Shown here one piece after another: positions 40,279 to 51,130 of a stretch of DNA of 56,855 nucleotides; the first letter of the stretch is position 1, and the number at the start of each line of letters is the position of its first letter. A program made the translations under genes and the position numbers. The notes under the pieces are model-generated. The model made no database searches. It was not told the origin of the DNA and worked only from the letters and a program-made list of their open reading frames with translations. Origin of the DNA: Candidatus Eiseniibacteriota bacterium (GTDB lineage Bacteria > ARS69); the NCBI GenBank assembly GCA_052390515.1, contig JBQTGV010000035.1:1-56855 (forward strand), read 5' to 3'.

Positions 40279-43200
40279 CTACCGCAGCATCACGACCTTC
40301 TCGCGCAGGACGCTGCCTCCCGCCTCCAGCGCGTAGAAGTAGACGCCCGATCCGACGCGCAGGCCCGCGCCGTCACGGCCGTCCCAGATCACCGTCCGGA
40401 AGCCGGCCTCCTCCGGGCGATCGACGAGCGTGCGGACCACCCGGCCCGCCACGTCGTACACCACCAGGCGGACGTGCTCCGGCCTCGGCAGGTCGAAGCG
40501 GATCATCGTGCCCTGACTCGTCGGGTTCGGCCGCGGCGCGTGCAGCGCGAAGGACGACGGCAGAGCCACCGCCGGCGGCGGCGCGTCCGTCGCGTCGACC
40601 GCGTTGAGCGTGACGGGGATCGTGGTCAGGCCGCCCGTCGCGTTGTGGGAGACGTTCAACTGACCGTTGACGACGCCGACCGTCGCTCCGGCCGAGGCCT
40701 GGATGTCCACGACCACGTTGCCGAGAGGCGGAACGCTGCCGGACGCCGGCGAGAGCAGCGCGGCCGAGGCGATCACGCTGACCTCCACCGCCTGGGACGC
40801 CCTCTGGGTTCCGATCCCGTTGATGTTGACGCTGGCCGGCGGCGGGAATTGGTTTCCGCCGCCGCGGAAGCGCACGGTCCCGAACGACACCGGCGTGGGC
40901 AGCCCGGGTGATCCCGCGTCGTCGAAGGACACGAGCGCGCCCTGCCAGCCGCACCCGATGAAGTAGAACGTCCCGGCGGCGAGCGGCACGCTGATCGGCC
41001 CGGAGGTCTGGAAGCCGAGACCCGTGCCGGACGTGACCGTCGTGCTGAAGATCTTCGTGTAGCTGCCGGTCCCGGTGGGGCTGGAGTACACGAAGAACTC
41101 GAGAGACGTCGGGGCCGCGCTGTTGAGCAAGTGATCGATCTTGGTCAGGGTGACGTCGGTCGTCACCTCGTAGGCGTTGCCGCGGAAGGCCGTGGCGTGG
41201 GACGTCGAGTTGGCCTGGCTGGCGAACTCCTCGCGGCCGCCGCCGCCGAGACCCACCAGCGCGAGCGAGTAGTTGAGGAACCCGTACCCGGGATTGGACA
41301 CCGTGATGCTCGCGTTCTGCGTCCCGGAGAGAGGCACGTTGACGCTCAGCGGCGAAGGCGCGACGGCGATCTCCGGCGGACCCCCGACGAAGCAGCCCGC
41401 GGTCGTGTTCTGCCCGCTCTCGTGCACCGTGGACTCGTTGTCGATCGCCGAGACCGCGTACGTGTAGGTGAACCCGAACGGCGGGAAGTCCGTGTACGTG
41501 TCGGGAGCGCCCGCGTCTCCCGGAACCCGGGGCAACTCCACCAGGAACGATGCGTTCCTGTACACGCGCACGCCGGCGAAGTCGTCGAGCGTCGTGCCAT
41601 CCGTCTGGGTGGACGGGTTCGTCCAGCTCAGCGTCGCGGAAGTGGTGTCGGCCAGGCAGCTCAGCCCGGTCGGCGCAGCCGGAGTCGGTGATCCGCCGGC
41701 GAAGACCGTCACGTTGACCGCGGCGCTCAAGCTGTCGGACACGTCGTCCCGGGTGCGCAGCGTGTACTGGTATTGCTGCCCGTCCACCAGCCCGCCGTCG
41801 GCGAACGTCTCGATCCCCTGATCCACGTTGGTGATGAGCACGTTGTCGCGGAGGACATCGACGGAGAAGTCTACGAGCGGCGCGCCGCCCACGAACGTGG
41901 TCGCGTCGGTCCAGTCCACGTCCACGCTGGTCGGGGTCGTGTAGTCGCTGAACGCGGTGACGCCGGTCGGCGGGTTCGGATCCAGCGGCTCGGCCAGCAG
42001 GATCGGCGAAACGTAGGTCAGGTAGTTGCCGGTGCGGTTGTCGCAGAACGCCGGATAGGCGTGACCGTCCTGCACGGCGAGACCGATGTAGTCGCCGGAG
42101 TACCCGAACGCGAGACCGGAGATCGGTACGGGCGTGTGCGCCACGTCGGAGACGGCGAAATCCTCCCAGGTGGCTCCACCGTCGACGGAAGTGGCCATGT
42201 AGACCCGAGCCTGCGTGTTCGACAGGTCGTCGCGGCGGTCGTAGAACGTGATGGCGAGATTGCCGGTGGCCTGATCGCAGACGAGCCACGGGAACCACTG
42301 CGAGTTCGTGCCGGCGTCCTGGTTCACGCGCACCGCGGTGCCGAACGAGGCTCCCCCATTCGTGGACTTGACCACGTAGATGTCGGGATCACCGACGTTG
42401 ATGCCGGGCACGCCCTGGTTCGTCCACGCCACGTAGATGGCGCCGTGGTTCGGCCCGCCGCTGCGGTCCACGGCCATCGTCGGGAACGAGTTGCGCCGGA
42501 TGCTGGTGTTGGGCAGATTCGTGTTGCGGTGCCCGAAGATGTTCTGGATGGCGCGGAACTCGCCCTGCCACGACACGCCGCCGTTGGTGGAGACGTTGAG
42601 CCCGTGCGCGATCTCCTCGCAGGGCCAGCAGTCGTAGATCGCCCAGAGGGCGTAGACCTCGCCGTTCGGTCCGATCTGGATGTTGACGCCCTGGTCGTGG
42701 GATCCGGAGGCGACGCCGGCGGAGATGTTCGCGGCGGGGCTCCAGCTCACGCCACCGTTCGTCGAGCGGACGATCTCGATCTTGTTCACGTTCACGGTGC
42801 CGAACGCGGTCCACGCCGAGTAGATGTTCCCGTTGTGCGGGCTGGACGGTTCGTTGTCCACCATGAGGTGGTTCTTGTCCAGCGTGCCGCCCGGGAAGAT
42901 GCTCACGTGCTGCCAGTTCGCGCCCTGGTCGTCGCTGTAGCTGAACCCCTGTCCGAAGCCGTTGTTGATGTAGCCGACGCCCCAGCGGCCGTCGCTCTGG
43001 CGGATGATGGCCGCGGGATCGCCCGAGTTACCTACTCCTCCGGGCCCGAAGTCGCTCCCCGCCCAGGACGCGCCACCGTTCGTGGTCCAGTAGGTTCCCG
43101 TCCCGTAGAAGTTGATGACCGTCGTGCCGTTCCAGTCCGACGTGTTGGTGGAGACGAGCAGCACGTCGGAGTCGTTGGGATCCACGAAGGCCGAGACCTC

Positions 43201-43476
43201 GGACTGAGTCACGACCGCCGAAGGCTTGACGCCGACGTCCGGCGAATCCTGCGGCGGCAGCCCCGGCGACTGCACGAGACTTCCGTACGGGCGTGGCTGC
43301 CGCACCGGCTCCGCGCCGATCGCGGCCGGATCCACCGTGTAGATCCGACTCCACCGCTTGTCGGGAACGGTGCTCTCCCCGGGGGTGGGGGCTGCGGCCG
43401 CATCGGCGAAGAGCGCCGCGGCGGCGATGGAGGTGGAGAGCGTGCGAAGCAGGGCAGGCGGTAGGCTCATTCCCAT
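40279..43476 (-). CDS. Secreted sialidase-like BNR beta-propeller, 2 FN3-like domains and FlgD-Ig tail
   Basis: Signal peptide; Asp-boxes 'SDDQGANW', 'STNGGVSW', 'SVDGGATW'; 'GDYIGL'; 'PRPNPT...YDVAGRVV...WDGRD...SGVYFY'. Confidence 0.8.
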   Translation of the reverse strand: MGMSLPPALLRTLSTSIAAAALFADAAAAPTPGESTVPDKRWSRIYTVDPAAIGAEPVRQPRPYGSLVQSPGLPPQDSPDVGVKPSAVVTQSEVSAFVDPNDSDVLLVSTNTSDWNGTTVINFYGTGTYWTTNGGASWAGSDFGPGGVGNSGDPAAIIRQSDGRWGVGYINNGFGQGFSYSDDQGANWQHVSIFPGGTLDKNHLMVDNEPSSPHNGNIYSAWTAFGTVNVNKIEIVRSTNGGVSWSPAANISAGVASGSHDQGVNIQIGPNGEVYALWAIYDCWPCEEIAHGLNVSTNGGVSWQGEFRAIQNIFGHRNTNLPNTSIRRNSFPTMAVDRSGGPNHGAIYVAWTNQGVPGINVGDPDIYVVKSTNGGASFGTAVRVNQDAGTNSQWFPWLVCDQATGNLAITFYDRRDDLSNTQARVYMATSVDGGATWEDFAVSDVAHTPVPISGLAFGYSGDYIGLAVQDGHAYPAFCDNRTGNYLTYVSPILLAEPLDPNPPTGVTAFSDYTTPTSVDVDWTDATTFVGGAPLVDFSVDVLRDNVLITNVDQGIETFADGGLVDGQQYQYTLRTRDDVSDSLSAAVNVTVFAGGSPTPAAPTGLSCLADTTSATLSWTNPSTQTDGTTLDDFAGVRVYRNASFLVELPRVPGDAGAPDTYTDFPPFGFTYTYAVSAIDNESTVHESGQNTTAGCFVGGPPEIAVAPSPLSVNVPLSGTQNASITVSNPGYGFLNYSLALVGLGGGGREEFASQANSTSHATAFRGNAYEVTTDVTLTKIDHLLNSAAPTSLEFFVYSSPTGTGSYTKIFSTTVTSGTGLGFQTSGPISVPLAAGTFYFIGCGWQGALVSFDDAGSPGLPTPVSFGTVRFRGGGNQFPPPASVNINGIGTQRASQAVEVSVIASAALLSPASGSVPPLGNVVVDIQASAGATVGVVNGQLNVSHNATGGLTTIPVTLNAVDATDAPPPAVALPSSFALHAPRPNPTSQGTMIRFDLPRPEHVRLVVYDVAGRVVRTLVDRPEEAGFRTVIWDGRDGAGLRVGSGVYFYALEAGGSVLREKVVMLR

Positions 43477-43597
43477 GAAGCGCCTCCGGGGGTAGAAAGG
43501 ACGGACGTTTCCGGACCGCGAAGGCGATCCTACCAGAGCGGCCGATCCAGATCGAATGGTGCGTTCCAGCGGCCCCGCGAGGGCGGTTCGCCCAAGC

Positions 43598-43632
43598 GAA
43601 AGGGCCCCGGACCGATCGGCCCGGAGCCCCCG
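43598..43632 (-). terminator. Hairpin/terminator between two secreted-protein genes
   Basis: Minus strand ggggctccgggccgatcggtccggggccc followed by tttc. Confidence 0.55.
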
Positions 43633-43658
43633 CTGTTCGTCCGGTTCGCCCCGGGAAG

Positions 43659-46211
43659 CTAGCGCAGCACGGTGATCTTCCGGGACTTCCGCTCCTCGCC
43701 GACCTGCAGGACGGCGAAGTACACCCCTGCGGAAACGTCGTCCGTGAACCATGGAGTGGTCCGGATGATGCCGTCCGCCGGCCCGCCGTCCACGAGATCG
43801 CTGACCAGCCTCCCCTGGACGTCGTAGATCCGCAGGCTCACCTGAGCCCGGGACTTGGCGGCGTAGCGCAGAAGGGTGCGGTCGGCCACCGGGTTGGGCT
43901 GCGGTTCGTCCAGCATCAGGTTGCGGGACGCTTCCACGGCCACCTCGGCGCTCGTCGCGCCTGGCGGGATGTCCACCTCCCACGCACCGCGGCCGTGAGT
44001 TCCGGCCACCAGCTTGCGGTCGGCATCCCGGATCTCGAGGTCCGCGACGACCACGTTGGGGAAGCCGGTCTCGAACGGGACCCAGTTCGCCCCGCCGTTC
44101 CCGGAAGCCCACACGCCGACGTCGGTGCCGATGTACCAGTGCGTCGGGTTGCTGGGATCCACGGCGATGGCGTTGACCGGCTGGCCGGTGAAGTCACCCG
44201 TCACGTCCACCCAGGTGGCGCCGAGATCCGTGGTCCTCACGATATGCGACAGCGAGTTGTAGCCCGAGAAGGTCACGAACGCCCCGTTGACGTCCGCGGG
44301 GTCGGCCAGGACCCTGGTCGAGCCTCCGGCCACCGAGATTCCCGAGCTGGCGAACGTGCTCGTCATCGTCCAGGTGGTTCCGTTGTCCGTCGTGTAGAAC
44401 GGCGTCGCCCCGACGGTCCACGCGTAGTTGCCGTCGACCGGGCTGTAGTCGATCCAGACCGCGGTGTGCGAGGCGACGTTCGTCCAGTTCGCCCCTTGGT
44501 CGACGGTCCGGAAGATGCCGCTTCCGGTCGACGTCAGCAGGTTGCTCGCGTTCGCCGGATCCAGCGCCACCGGAGTCACCCACGCGCCCGTCCCGAAGAT
44601 CCCGTTGTTGATCGACGTGAACGTCGACCCGGAGTTCACGCTCTTGCGATGATCCCCGAACTGGATCTCCCCGTAGACGATGTTGTTGGACGAAGGCGAG
44701 ATGTTGCAGACCATCCCGTCCGCGCCGATGCCGTTCGCCCAGGTGGTCGTGCCCGACCACTTGTCGGTTCCGTTGTCCTGCGTGCCGCCCATGATGTAGT
44801 ACGTGGGTCCGTTGCTCACGCAGATGTCGTAGAACTGGTAGGTCACGAGACCGGTGTTCTTGCCCGTCCACGCGAGAGATCCGCCGTCGGCGGTGTTGCG
44901 GTACATACCACCGTCGTTCCCGACCCACAGGTTGGTGTTCGAGCCGGGCTCGTACTTGATGCAGTGCTGGTCGACGTGAATGCCGCCGAGCACGGAGGTG
45001 AACGTCGCGCCGGCGTCGCCCGAGCGGGCGATATCGACCGCGCCGCAAATCACCCGGTCCGCGTTGTTGGGATCCGCCGCGCAGAGCAGGTTGTACCAGC
45101 TCTGCCCGCTGGGCAGGCCGGGCGACATCCCGAGGTCGGTCCAGTTCGCGCCGTCATCGGTGGACCTGATGATCCCGTAGATGCCCCCGCCCGTGCCGGC
45201 GAAGCCGATGTAGCAGTAGATCGTGGTCCCGCTGACACCGAGCTTGCTCTTCCCGAAGTTGAAGGACGGCGGCTGTCCCACGCCGACCTTCGCCCAGGTG
45301 ACGCCGTCATCGGTGGAGACTTTCACGCTGTTGCCGCCGGAGGCGTTCCCGCGGACGTTGTAGACACGGTTGGGGTCGCCGGGCTTCCAGACGATGTCGT
45401 AGTAGTCTCCGCCCGGGACCGCGGCGGGAATGAGGTTCCAGGTCGCTCCGTCGTCGGACGAACGGTACAGCCCGTCGGTCGCGCCAGCCAGGAACGTGCC
45501 GTTCGGGCCCGCCTCGACGTGATGGAATCCGTGCCCGCTGTTCACGGCGTAGCTCAGGCTGGTGGTGATCCAGGTGGCACCGGCGTCGGTGGAGCGGAGA
45601 ATGCCCACGCCGCCCACGCGGTCGATGTTCTGCGTCGGCTCGCCGGTCCCGATCACCACGATGTTCGTGTTCGTCTTGCTCACGGCGATCCCGCCCACGG
45701 CGATGCTGGGAAGCTCGTCGCTGATGGGGGTCCAGGAGTTGCCGTTGTCCGTCGACTTCCACACGCCGCCGTCCGCGCCGCCCACGTACACGACGTTGGC
45801 GTTGGTCGGGTCGAAGTCGATGGAGAGCATCCGGCCGCCGAAGTTGGTCGGGCCGAGGTTGAACCAGGTGTTGCGTGCCGGCGGCATCCGCGACTCGATG
45901 TCCTTCTTGCGGAGCCACGCCTCCCAGCGCGCGCCCGCCTCGGGAAGCTGCCCGTTCACCATCCGCTGCTCGATGAACCACTTCCTGCGGTTGTACGGCT
46001 TCCACCCGCTGCCGGGCGTCGTCTTGAGCTCGGGGTGCGCGTCGAAATACGTGCCCAGGTCGTTCAGCCACGTCCGGGTCTCTTCCGACGCGGTCTCCGT
46101 CGGTACCGGGGCGGCCGATGCCTCAGGCCAGGGCACGAAAGCCACCAGGACGCCGAGAAGGGCGCACACGAGCGCGCCGGACCGGGATCCGGTGGACGGG
46201 TTGTGAGTCAT
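43659..46211 (-). CDS. Secreted VPS10/BNR-repeat double-propeller protein with T9SS-like tail
   Basis: Signal peptide; 'LGPTNFGGR', many S-x-D-x-G-x-x-W boxes, 'HVDQH', 'GGTQDNG', 'THGRGAW'. Confidence 0.85.
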   Translation of the reverse strand: MTHNPSTGSRSGALVCALLGVLVAFVPWPEASAAPVPTETASEETRTWLNDLGTYFDAHPELKTTPGSGWKPYNRRKWFIEQRMVNGQLPEAGARWEAWLRKKDIESRMPPARNTWFNLGPTNFGGRMLSIDFDPTNANVVYVGGADGGVWKSTDNGNSWTPISDELPSIAVGGIAVSKTNTNIVVIGTGEPTQNIDRVGGVGILRSTDAGATWITTSLSYAVNSGHGFHHVEAGPNGTFLAGATDGLYRSSDDGATWNLIPAAVPGGDYYDIVWKPGDPNRVYNVRGNASGGNSVKVSTDDGVTWAKVGVGQPPSFNFGKSKLGVSGTTIYCYIGFAGTGGGIYGIIRSTDDGANWTDLGMSPGLPSGQSWYNLLCAADPNNADRVICGAVDIARSGDAGATFTSVLGGIHVDQHCIKYEPGSNTNLWVGNDGGMYRNTADGGSLAWTGKNTGLVTYQFYDICVSNGPTYYIMGGTQDNGTDKWSGTTTWANGIGADGMVCNISPSSNNIVYGEIQFGDHRKSVNSGSTFTSINNGIFGTGAWVTPVALDPANASNLLTSTGSGIFRTVDQGANWTNVASHTAVWIDYSPVDGNYAWTVGATPFYTTDNGTTWTMTSTFASSGISVAGGSTRVLADPADVNGAFVTFSGYNSLSHIVRTTDLGATWVDVTGDFTGQPVNAIAVDPSNPTHWYIGTDVGVWASGNGGANWVPFETGFPNVVVADLEIRDADRKLVAGTHGRGAWEVDIPPGATSAEVAVEASRNLMLDEPQPNPVADRTLLRYAAKSRAQVSLRIYDVQGRLVSDLVDGGPADGIIRTTPWFTDDVSAGVYFAVLQVGEERKSRKITVLR

Positions 46212-46351
46212 TGGATGGATTACCTCCCGAGGAACCTGCCGTCCGAGCGGAAGGGGGGATTCCACCCTGCTGGCGGCATCTGGTGAACCGGACGGGGCGC
46301 AGTATATCACGCGGTCCCGGCCGGATCCCAGGGAGGGGCCAGGCCCGGCTG

Positions 46352-48475
46352 TCAGTCGCGGGAGACGGCGGTTTCCGGCTGCCCGGCTTCGCCGACCGGC
46401 CGCCAGATCTCGATCCGGGCGATGCGGTACTCGCCCGAGTCGAGCTCGACCCGGTCCTCCGGGCGCTTGCCCAGGATGCGGCGGGCGAACTCCGACTGGT
46501 TCGAGTAGATCCCGTCCTCCGGGCTCGATTCCCAGGGGCCGAGGATCGTCGCGTGAAAGGGCTCGCCGGCGCCGAGGGGAGACAGCTCCACCCGGGTCCC
46601 GATCGAGACAACGGTAGGATCCACCGTCCCCGGATCGATGAGCCGGCTCCGACGCAGCTCCGACTGCAGCCGCGCCGCCCTCGAGCTCAGGAACTCGTGC
46701 TTCTGGCGGGCGGCGTGGTACTCGAAGTTCTCACTCAGGTCTCCGTACTCCCTCGCGATCCGGATGGCCTCGGTGGCCTCGGGCAGCTCGGTGCGGACCA
46801 GCTTCTCGAACTCCTGCCGCTTCGTTTCGGCAGCCTCGGAGGTCGCCCAGAGGACCTCGCCGTCGTCCTCGACCGACTTCCGGATCCGCGGGTACTTGCG
46901 GAAGATCGCGCGGCGGATGGCCGTCTTGCGATGCTCCTCCAGGGCGGCGGAGTCGATCAGCGTCAGCAGGTTCTCGGCGCCGTCCAGGTCGCAGCGCTCG
47001 AACACGGCGAAGGCGATGCCGCCCTCCTCGAAGTGCTCGCGCAGATGAGCCTTCATGTCGCGGAACTCGGCGGAATCCAGCGCCTCGGCGATCTTGGACA
47101 GCAGCGCGTGGTTCGCGCGCGCCGCCAGCTCCTCGCGCACCAGGACGTTCTTGGCGACCCACACGAACGCGGCCGGCATCTTCCGCGGCGTGGACACGGT
47201 CTGCGCGATCAGCCGCTCTGCGGCACCCTCCGGACCATCGGCACGCAGCGCCTCGTAGATCCCGGAGAGGAGGCGAAGGTCGGTCTCCAGCAGGAACGCC
47301 TCCTGGAAAACCGCCGCCCAGTCCGAAGCACGGATCTCCCGGACGCGCGCGTACACCCGCTCCCGGTAGCGGCGATCGGGAACGAGCACGATGATCTTCG
47401 CCGCGTCGGCGCGGCGCAGTACCTCGTCGACGGAGAGCAGGTCGGGATCGTGCCCGCCGCCCAGCTCCTCGAGCAGGAACACGAGCTCGAGCGCGAGAGC
47501 CGGGCTCGACGCCGCCACCTGACTCAGATCCCCGCGCAACCCTTCCACCACGGTTCGGCTCACCTCACCGTCCCGCTTGCCGAACCTGCGGGCCAGCTCC
47601 ACGCGCTTCTCGAGCGACGCGCTCCCGAACTCCTCCACGATCCGCGTGGCCGCCTCTTGCGACGTACCCGTCCAGGTGAACGCGCCCTTCTTCTCCTTGC
47701 TGGGGAGCACCTGCGGGTGAGCGCGCGCCTTGGACCACCACGCGCTCCAGGAGGCGCCCTCGATCACGCCGGTCATGCACTCCTTGATCTCCGCGGCGGC
47801 CAGCGGGCGACCGAAGCGCTCCAGCAGCATGCGCAGCATCTCTCCAGGCTCGGCGCGCGCCGCGCGGCGCACACCCTCCGGATCCGACAGCCGGCGCATC
47901 ATGAAGTGGTCCTGCGGAATCCAGGTGAGCAGCTTCCGCGCCTCGTCCCGCCGCACCACCAGCGGCGCGGACTTCTCGAAGCGCAGCTTGATCTTCTGCA
48001 GCGCGAGGTTCGTCTCCACCACCTTGCCGAGACCGCGCCCGAAGAGCCAGAAGCCCTCGCCCTCGTCGAAGCGCAGCCAATCGCGGAGCTCGTCGAACGC
48101 GCGCACCGGGTCGTCGGCGGTCTCCAGTGCGAAGAAGGCGATCTCCTCGGCCAGCGAGGCGCGGGCGGCGTAGCGCGTTCGTACGCACTCCAGCGCCTTG
48201 TCGCGCAGCTCCTTGTTCCGCGGCGCGAGCACCAGGGACTCGCGGATCACGTCGAACGCCGCTTCCCAGGCGTCGGAGGCGCCGAGCGCGTCGACCAGGC
48301 CGGTCAGCAGCTCGGTCATCTGGGACAGCGCCTTCGCGCCGCGCAGCTCCTTCGCGACCTCCAGGAACCACCCCAGCTCACGCGGGGCGGAATCGATGCG
48401 CGCGTTCCAGGCCGATTCGACCTCGCCGACACGCTTCTTCTTGATGTGCTGCAGCAGTTCCGGTTCGATCGCCAA
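46352..48475 (-). CDS. greA: Long-form GreA transcription elongation factor (~707 aa, large N-terminal extension)
   Basis: C-terminal 'IAREYGDLSENFEYHAAR', 'VSIGTRV', 'TILGPWES...S..S..AR.ILGK'; TTG start. Confidence 0.85.
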   Translation of the reverse strand: MAIEPELLQHIKKKRVGEVESAWNARIDSAPRELGWFLEVAKELRGAKALSQMTELLTGLVDALGASDAWEAAFDVIRESLVLAPRNKELRDKALECVRTRYAARASLAEEIAFFALETADDPVRAFDELRDWLRFDEGEGFWLFGRGLGKVVETNLALQKIKLRFEKSAPLVVRRDEARKLLTWIPQDHFMMRRLSDPEGVRRAARAEPGEMLRMLLERFGRPLAAAEIKECMTGVIEGASWSAWWSKARAHPQVLPSKEKKGAFTWTGTSQEAATRIVEEFGSASLEKRVELARRFGKRDGEVSRTVVEGLRGDLSQVAASSPALALELVFLLEELGGGHDPDLLSVDEVLRRADAAKIIVLVPDRRYRERVYARVREIRASDWAAVFQEAFLLETDLRLLSGIYEALRADGPEGAAERLIAQTVSTPRKMPAAFVWVAKNVLVREELAARANHALLSKIAEALDSAEFRDMKAHLREHFEEGGIAFAVFERCDLDGAENLLTLIDSAALEEHRKTAIRRAIFRKYPRIRKSVEDDGEVLWATSEAAETKRQEFEKLVRTELPEATEAIRIAREYGDLSENFEYHAARQKHEFLSSRAARLQSELRRSRLIDPGTVDPTVVSIGTRVELSPLGAGEPFHATILGPWESSPEDGIYSNQSEFARRILGKRPEDRVELDSGEYRIARIEIWRPVGEAGQPETAVSRD

Positions 48476-48492
48476 GGTAGCCTCTCGTCTTC

Positions 48493-50325
48493 TTACCCGG
48501 TGGGCGCGGTCGCGGTCCCGTGTCTCGCGATGTGCTCCTCGAGCTGTTCGAGGAGCGATTCGAAGAGATCCAGCGTGTCGTCGACCGGTCCCGGGGAGGT
48601 CAGGTCGACGCCGGCGCGGCGCAGGATCTCGATGGGGTAGTCGGAGTCGCCGGCCCTCAGGAACCCCAGGTACTCCTCCCGCTCCCGGTCCCCGCCGCCC
48701 AGCACCCTGCGGGACAGCGCGATCGCGGCCGCGTACCCGGTCGCGTACTGGTACACGTAGTACCCGGAATAGAAGTGCGGGATCCGTGCCCATCCCAGCG
48801 CGGAGCGGTCGTCGAACTCCAGGGCAGGCCCCAGGGTCGCTGTGAACACGTCGCGGTAGAGGCCGCTCAGGATGTCGGCGGTCAGCGGCTCGCCGCGCTC
48901 GATCATCTCGTGGATGCGGTACTCGAAGTCGGCGAACATCACCTGCGTGATCACCGTGCCGCGGATCTGGTCGATGTACTGGTTGAGCAGTGCGAGCTTC
49001 CGATCAGGGTCCTCGGTTACCTCCAGCAGGTGATCCATGAGCAGCGCCTCGTTCGTCGTCGACGCCACCTCGGCCAGGAAGATCGGGTAGTGCGAGTCGT
49101 GGTAGGGCTGCTCCTTCACCGTGTACCACGAGTGCATGGCGTGACCCATCTCGTGGGCCAGCGTGAACAGGTGATCCAGCGTGCCCTGATAGTTCATGAG
49201 GACGTACGGGTGCGTCCCGTACGCGCCCCAGGAGTACGCGCCCGACCGCTTGCCCCGCGACTCGTACACGTCCACCCAGCCGCCGCCGTCCAGCCCTTCG
49301 CCCATCACCGACAGGTACTGCTCTCCCAGCGGGGCGAGACCTTGGCGCAGCAGGCGGCGCGCCTCCTCGTACGTGAACTTGGGCGGCTCCGCGGTCGAGA
49401 GCGGAACGTAGAGGTCGTAGACCTTGAGCTGATCGAGCTGGAGGATCCGCTTGCGCGTCTCCATGTAGCGGTGGATCGCGCCGCGGCGCTTCGCCACCGT
49501 GTCCAGCAGCGTGTGGAAGACCTCCACGGGAATGCGGTTCGGGAAGAGCGCCGCGTCCAGCGCGCTCCCGTAGCCGCGCGCCCGCGCGTAGAAGTGGTCC
49601 CGCTGGACCGAGCCCTGCAGCAGGGAGGCGAGCGTGTTCCGGTGCAGCTCGTAACCCTCGGTGAGGGACGACCAGGCGTCGCGGCGGACCCGACGGTCGA
49701 GCGATTCCATGAACGCGGAATAGCGCCCCTTGGTCAGCTCCACCTCCCGCCCGCTCTCGTCGCGGATGGGGCGGAAGGTGAGGTCCGCGTCGTTGAGCAT
49801 GCCGAATGCCGTCCGCGGGACGCGGGTCACGTCGCCGGCCATGGCCAGGAGCTCCTCCTCCCGCGGGGAGAGGGTGTGCTCCTTCATCCGGATCAGGTTG
49901 CCGAGGTAGTGCCGCCACGGCGCGACGGCGGGATGCGCCCGGAACTCCTCCAGCCTCTCCTTGGGGACGGCCAGGATCTCGGGCTCGAGGAAGGACGTGG
50001 CCTCGGCGGACCGGGTGGACAGCCGCGAAGCCCGCTCCGCCCGGGCCTGCGAATCCGGCTCGCGCGTGTCCTGGTCCCGGAGCAGGTGCGCCCAGACGTA
50101 GCAGCGGTCCAGCCGCTCGCCGAGCTCGCCGTGCAGTCGAAGGGCCCCGGCCATCGCCTCGGGGCCCTGTGCGAGCGTCCCGGCGCGGGCCGCTATGGCC
50201 CCGATCAGGGCCTCGACCCGGACAACCTCCTCTTCCCAGGCGGTCGCGGTGTCGAAGATGTGATCGAGGCGCCAGCGAAAGGCGGGGGCTATGTCCTGCC
50301 GTGCAGGGACGGAGGCTTGGTCCAT
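48493..50325 (-). CDS. pepF: Oligoendopeptidase F (M3B)
   Basis: 'GKRSGAYS', 'HPYVLMNY', HEMGH, 'AEVAST', 'WARIPHFY..YYVYQYATG'. Confidence 0.95.
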   Translation of the reverse strand: MDQASVPARQDIAPAFRWRLDHIFDTATAWEEEVVRVEALIGAIAARAGTLAQGPEAMAGALRLHGELGERLDRCYVWAHLLRDQDTREPDSQARAERASRLSTRSAEATSFLEPEILAVPKERLEEFRAHPAVAPWRHYLGNLIRMKEHTLSPREEELLAMAGDVTRVPRTAFGMLNDADLTFRPIRDESGREVELTKGRYSAFMESLDRRVRRDAWSSLTEGYELHRNTLASLLQGSVQRDHFYARARGYGSALDAALFPNRIPVEVFHTLLDTVAKRRGAIHRYMETRKRILQLDQLKVYDLYVPLSTAEPPKFTYEEARRLLRQGLAPLGEQYLSVMGEGLDGGGWVDVYESRGKRSGAYSWGAYGTHPYVLMNYQGTLDHLFTLAHEMGHAMHSWYTVKEQPYHDSHYPIFLAEVASTTNEALLMDHLLEVTEDPDRKLALLNQYIDQIRGTVITQVMFADFEYRIHEMIERGEPLTADILSGLYRDVFTATLGPALEFDDRSALGWARIPHFYSGYYVYQYATGYAAAIALSRRVLGGGDREREEYLGFLRAGDSDYPIEILRRAGVDLTSPGPVDDTLDLFESLLEQLEEHIARHGTATAPTG

Positions 50326-50509
50326 CGGTCGGGTGGAGCTCCTTCTCTCCGGCCTGGCCGGAGCGGTCGCCCATTGTCCCCCTGCCCCCGGTCCCGAGGC
50401 AAGGCCGGACTCGCCTTGCCTTTCCACGGCGTCGGGGCAGGTGTACTTTTCGCCCGTCCTCCGCAGGCTCTGGAACACAGACCCCGAACCCGTTGACGAG
50501 GTACCTACG

Positions 50510-51127
50510 ATGAGCAGATTCCGTGCGCGGGCGCTGATCGGATTCGCCACGCTGATGCTGGCGGTCCCGGTCCTGCCCGGCTGCGGCGGCAAGACCGTGA
50601 CCCGCATCGAGTCCGACACCACCGTGGACCTGTCCGGCCGCTGGAACGACACGGACTCGCGGCAGGTCTCCACCACCATGATCCAGGACTGCCTGAACAA
50701 CGCCTGGCTCCGCAACCACCAGCGCGACAGCTCCAAGTCCCCGGTCGTCATCGTCGGCGCCATCCGCAACAAGTCCATGGAGCACATCCCCATCGACACG
50801 TTCATCAAGGACATCGAGCGGGCCTTCATCAACTCGGGCACCGTCACCGTCGTGGCCGACGCCGGGGAGCGCATCGACCTGCGGGCCGAGCGCGAGGCGA
50901 TGCAGGGCAATGCGACGGCCCAGACGCTGAAGCACTTCGGCGAGGAAGTCGGGGCGGACTACGTACTGACCGGGACGATCAACCAGATCGTGGATGAGGA
51001 GGAGGGCGAGAAGGTCTCGTACTACCAGACCGATCTCGAGCTCATCGACGTCGAGTCCAACGTGAAGGTGTGGATCGGCACCGAGAAGATCAAGAAGTTC
51101 ATCGCCAAGGGCAAGTACTCAGGCTAG
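50510..51127 (+). CDS. LpoB-family lipoprotein
   Basis: Lipobox LPGC; 'DLSGRWNDTDS', 'IRNKSMEHI', 'GADYVLTGTI', 'YYQTDLELID..SN.KVW'. Confidence 0.85.
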   Translation: MSRFRARALIGFATLMLAVPVLPGCGGKTVTRIESDTTVDLSGRWNDTDSRQVSTTMIQDCLNNAWLRNHQRDSSKSPVVIVGAIRNKSMEHIPIDTFIKDIERAFINSGTVTVVADAGERIDLRAEREAMQGNATAQTLKHFGEEVGADYVLTGTINQIVDEEEGEKVSYYQTDLELIDVESNVKVWIGTEKIKKFIAKGKYSG

Positions 51128-51130
51128 GCC

